From Macrostomum hystrix (lineage: Eukaryota > Animalia > Platyhelminthes): a DNA stretch of 64,000 nucleotides. Where the stretch lies: positions 1,798,001 to 1,862,000 of the forward strand of contig CATNEN010000032.1 in the NCBI GenBank assembly GCA_950097015.1. Direction: 5' to 3'. Below, one piece after another: positions 59,113 to 64,000 of the stretch. Below the pieces are notes generated by a model, which saw nothing but the letters and a program-made list of their open reading frames with translations, was not told the DNA's origin and did not search any database. Position numbers and translations under genes: made by a program. The stretch's first letter is position 1; each line of letters starts with the position of its first letter.

Positions 59113-60318
59113 TCTTCAAGTACAAAAATTCTTTTTATAATAATTTGCTTATTTCCATTTTCAAGAGCAATGAATTTACTCCTTGCAAAATGTGAATTTC
59201 GTAATGAAAAGTAAAAAATGCTTGCTTTCTCTCGCAAGTGAATCTGTTTAGCATATACAAATGTAAGATCCAGCCGGTGAAATATTATATTATCATTGAT
59301 GTTGATAATGACATATTATAGACTCTTATTTGCTTTTTCTCATTAATAAAGCGTCGATATATTTAAAATGTGTCTATAGAAATTGCGCTTAAGAAAACAA
59401 AACAAAGTAGATAGTATTTGTGCTTCTTTCTTTAATAATTGAATAATAAAGAATGAGTTCCAAAGAAACAACAACAAAGATAACAAATCGACAAGTCAAT
59501 GTGTCTAATTAACACGCGTGGAAATAACTGACCAAACGGCAGGGGAGCTTTACCAGAAATGACACCAGGGATTACTATAGAAAAAGACGACACTAAATAA
59601 TAAACTAAACAGTGTTGTGGCCTCGGGATCACTTTGCCGGTGAATCCAGTTGCAACATTTTTTACCTTAGCCGGGTAGGAAATTCAGAGCCTGGATACAA
59701 ATAGACACGGAGACACAAATACGTGATTTCGGAGGGGACAGAGGACTCCGCGCATCAGCATTGGCACACTTTCGATTTCGCAGGATGCACGCTTAGACTG
59801 TAAATAGCTTATGTTTTGCCGCTTGTCCTTGTTAATTTTGGTTATTTAACAGTTAATATAAACTAACAAAAACTGTGAATTATTACAAAAAAGTCTTGAA
59901 TTTGTATTGATGAATCAATTTCTAAAGGATAAACCAGAGACAACAGTGGCCGATCAAAACGAATCACTTTAGGGGATTTTAGTAACGCGCAGTTTTCATA
60001 ATTAAAAACAGAACATCGAAACATTAGGGTAAATTAGAAGCTGGTTTCTTGTTATTGATCAAATATGTCAACTGCAAGCCTATAAGTGAATGAACTGGGC
60101 AGAAGGATAAAAAATCGCTAAGAAAGGGTCTGTTAGGGTCGTAGAGTGAGAAATTTCAATATGGAAACACGAGGGAGCGGGATGGGTACTATAGGGTCTT
60201 AGCTGGAAATGCCTTGACTAACTTCCGCTCCATGCTTTGTTTGCAGCGCTCAATGAATAAATAAATGAGTTGGGCTATTCAGTTACTCCCAGTTAATGCA
60301 CAACCAGCGCATGCTTTT

Positions 60319-62125
60319 TTATAGCTCGTCCTTGGTTTCTTTCTTGTCAGCCTCGTCCTTCTCCTCCTTCTTGTCGGCCTCCTCCTTCTTCTTGGCCTCC
60401 TCCTCAGCCTTCTTCTTGTCCTCCTCCTCTTTGCGCTTCTTCTCCTCCTCTTCGGCCTTCTTTCTGTCCTCCTCGTCCTGTTTGTCCTTCATCTTCTTCT
60501 CTCCCTCGACTGTCTTCTTGAAGGTCTCCTCGGCGTAGGCCTTGGCCTCGGCCGGGTCGTTGCCAACGAAGACATTGTCGAAGATGGAGCCCGATTTCAC
60601 CTGCCACAAATCGAAGCCGATGGCACCAATGTCGGAGTACTTGTACAGCTCGCTATCTGGGGAATAATCCGGGTTGTCAATCTCCGGGTGCACCCATTTG
60701 CCCTTGTAGGCCGGGTTGTCAATCTGCTTTGGCTTCCAGTCGCCCTTGTAATCTGGATTGTCAACCATCGGCGGCTCCCATTCGCCATCCATCTCGTCGT
60801 CCCAATCATCAGGCTTCTTGGCTTTGGGATCCGGGATGGTCTTGGGCTTGTCCCAGTCCTCCGGCTTCGTGTCAGTGGGGTCGTCGATCTTCTCGCGCTC
60901 GTCCCAGTCGTCAGGCTTCTTGGCAGCCGGGTCCTTGATCTTCTTAGCCGGCAGGAAGTCCCAGTCGGCCTCTAGCTCGCCGCCCTCGGCCCGCTCGTTG
61001 TCAATGAGCACCTCGTAGGTATTGTCCGGCTTCACAATCAGTGTGTACAGATGGGTCAGCTCGTCGTCTTTGCAGCGAATCTCCTTCTTGGTGAGTAGAT
61101 TTTTGCCCTTGTAGTTGAAGATGACATGCACCTTCTTGGTACCAGGTCCACAGATGTCTGGACCAAACATGATCTTGTAGGGTGTGTCGCCATGGAAGTT
61201 CTTTTGGTCGACATCGCTGCCAAGGACCTTGACATAGCCGCCGCCACAGTCAATGTTCTGCTCGTGCTTCACCTGGAACTGGATGACCAGTGGCTTTCCA
61301 GCATTGGAGAAAGGCGAGTTGAACTTAGCACTAATACCATAGAACTTGGCATCCTGCGAGGTCTTGATACCCTTGTCCTTCTCAGCATCATTGTAGAACT
61401 TCCCAGCAGTCCATTCCCACTTGCCCTGGTCGCTGCCTTTGTAGGTAGACTCTACCCAGCGATCTTTCCATGATGCTGAAATGCAGATTGCAGAAGAACG
61501 AATGTTAAGTAAGATAAAGCTATTAAAACATTTTATTTCAATTTTTATAATAATTAGCTACATATGAAGTTATTTATAGCTACATGTGATTGCCTGTTAA
61601 CTAATTAAATAATAGGGGGGGCCTATATATATAGGATTTTATATAATTATACTTAGGCATAATAATGAAAATTATTACAAAACTAGCTACCTTGCATGTA
61701 GCCTAGTTCACAATGTTTTAGGCCAGGGAAAAACTATATTAAATATTACTCTATAGCTAGCTAGTTTTGATTTAAACCACTGCATACTCTATAAAAAGGA
61801 GAATTGTATTACATCTGTATTCTATTCATAAATGTAGGCCCTAACTTAAGACTTAGAGGGTTGGCTTACAATTGATTTTAAGCATGTAGTCCAGTTGGGA
61901 AAATAATTAGCTAGCTAAAACATGTTATAAAAAGCTATTAGGAACTTCAAATTACATGCAGAAAAATTGGTCAGGTTGATTCCAGGTTTTGTTGCGAAGT
62001 AAATAATGTAAGTCAAGACTTATGTTCGATTCAAGCGACTTACCATCCAAAAACTCTTCCTTGAAGAAGACTTCACCGCAGGCAAAAGCAAGCAGTGCAA
62101 ATGCCAGAAAGCTCGAAAACCACAT
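60319..62125 (-). CDS. CALR: Calreticulin, 412 aa; exons 62125-62044 and 61475-60319
   Basis: Signal peptide MWFSSFLAFALLAFACG; phase-1 intron; KHEQNIDCGGGYVK; IMFGPDICG; P-domain repeats (KPEDWD, GEWEPPMVDNPDYKG); acidic tail ending KDEL*. Confidence 0.98.
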
Positions 62126-62256
62126 ACTATTGCTTAATATTTTCGCTAACAGTTTAATACGGATAAATGACAACTGTGAAAGGAAACGGGGATTGTAAGA
62201 AAAGACTGCGATGAGCAAGTCGACGAATTTAAAGTAGAAAATTGTAGCGTGTTTTG

Positions 62257-62275
62257 CATGGCGTGCGCTGATTGG
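62257..62275 (-). promoter_or_regulatory. ER-stress response element (ERSE)-like motif
   Basis: CCAAT-CAGCGCACG-CCATG, i.e. CCAAT-N9-CCACG with one mismatch, ~130 bp upstream of the CALR ATG. Confidence 0.6.
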
Positions 62276-63890
62276 CTGTCCATGATTCTGCCATTCTAGA
62301 ATTTGCAATGCAAAAACATTCTCGTAATTTACGCATAAAGCAAAATTTACAAAATACTGAGGATATTGAACTGTGAAGTTTAGTTTCTTTTTCTTCTTTT
62401 AGAGACTAAATTTAATAAAAATACACGAAGATCAGTCATTATTTTGCTTGTTTTTTTCTATATCTTTTTACATTTTGCATTTGGGAAAAGTCCAAGACTA
62501 CTAAAATATGTACGTTAATTTAGACGTCGGTGATAAAATCCTATCGATCTAAGCGTTACCATACTGTCTACCAAAGTCCACAGAAGCGCACAAGCCAATA
62601 AAAAGCAATATTGACTATTGGCATAGCAACGTAGTTATTTTACGTAATTTTTTTAAAGAGCAGTATATCTATCTTTTGAAGTTCATTGGATGTATACATG
62701 TATTTAGGGCACAATTAAGTTAATATATTAATTTTGTAATTATTTGTGCCAAAATACACATGCACATCCTTATTTTGTTAAAAGGAAACAAAATTATTTA
62801 AAGATTTTTTGCTGTTGGCAAATCAATTCCTATTAATATATATTTATTTAAAAGTCATTCACCAGAACCATTCTTAATCGACACAAAGGGCTAACAGACA
62901 AAACTGTTTGACGTTTCTATTTTTCACCAACTGAGAACATTGGTCGTCAAAAATGTAGCTTTAAGCTGGTTATGTCCAACGATATATATCTAAATAATAT
63001 ACGAGTACTCTTTGGTCATGTCGAATGCTAGCATTAAGTTCATTTTTTATAAACTCATTATTGCTTTATCATTATAAAAAATGTGGGATTATTTAGGAAT
63101 TTATTTATAATTTAGGAATACGACACGTAAACCTCTTCTTGCTTGACTAATCTTCAAAAACATTTTGACTCAGACTTTTCGTATCTAAGTGCAACTAAAA
63201 TAAATGGGCCAAAAAGTCAACTTGGAATAATAGCAATTTGTTTTTTTTCTGAAAGTTTTAAGAATGAAAGATCAGTACTTCTTTTGGTACTAAAGCTTTA
63301 GCTGCGCATAAATTTATTTTTAGTACAAGTCTACAGCGCCAGCAGTACATTCTGCGGTGGATCACTGATCGTACCGAATAATAGATACCAAATTGTGGAT
63401 AACGCACGCAAGCGGAGTACAAAGTAATAAGTACCAAAAATATTTTTTCTGACTGCTCCTGGCAACAGACTGTAAATCATCGAATGCCTTCAATCATAGC
63501 ATAATCGGATCCTCACTACACTAGATGTACAGCTTCTCTTAAGGCGAAGAAATAAATTAAACAAGAAAGCGTCATCAACATGGGTATAAATGCCGGATTC
63601 CTTTCAACGATGGTAATAATAACAGCAATAAACAATAATAACGCGTACAGGACACACGCTACCGCGATGTGGCTAGTAGGGCACTTAAAAAAGCGTGGCA
63701 CAGTTGTAGTAAAGAGGTTTCAGATAATAGTTGTCATACTGGATAAAAAAATATGAAATCATCCATTATACAGAGTGGCGGATAGCTGCTAGAGGACATT
63801 TCAGCTGAAGTGCCTTACCTTATCTGGCTCTTCGCTTGCCCACTAACAATCATTATACTATTGCTATCTTTGCAGACTTATCATCGTAAT

Positions 63891-64000
63891 CTCTATCCAT
63901 GTCCTAATCCTTCACTCAGACGCATCTCTATCCCTGTCCTAATCCTTCACTCAGACACATTTCTATCCATGTCCTAATCCTTCACTCAGACGCATCTCTA
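63891..64000 (+). repeat. 35-bp minisatellite running off the window end
   Basis: CTCTATCCATGTCCTAATCCTTCACTCAGACGCAT at 63891, 63926 and 63961. Confidence 0.9.

Noticed and set aside
60296-61473. ORFs overlapping calreticulin on other frames or the opposite strand
   Set aside because: Shadows of a GC3-rich coding exon.
63516-63701. Two-TM terminal exon
   Set aside because: GTG start, a stop 7 codons upstream, AT-rich, and no upstream exon in the window; cannot be supported.

Overview
Eukaryotic, intron-containing animal DNA. A free-living flatworm such as Macrostomum is the best guess, inferred from the two-domain p40-type small HSP, RTE-like LINE wording and compact genes; this was not verified. 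Genes from left to right: a short SMARCC/SWI3-like chromatin remodeller (minus); a 4-TM protein (minus); an acidic low-complexity protein ending in CCDLM (minus); a KChIP (plus) whose single intron holds a very young BEL/Pao LTR element with an in-frame deletion of RT and RNase H; an intronless CLK/LAMMER kinase (minus); a ~1690-aa, ~17-finger zinc-finger gene (plus); an unknown multi-exon gene (minus) whose larger introns are filled by different minisatellites; a p40-like HSP20 with strong HSEs; and calreticulin with an ERSE-like element. Many minisatellites, tRNA-derived SINEs and LINE fragments lie between and inside genes. The main highlight is in the zinc-finger gene: an entire Crypton/tyrosine-recombinase-derived DUF3504 domain, cut before its catalytic box II, forms one symmetric phase-2/phase-2 954-bp exon. 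The same protein carries a three-fold repeated atypical finger with a WKxGxFG extension. All gene models are hand-derived from splice signals and frame continuity; no database searches were run.
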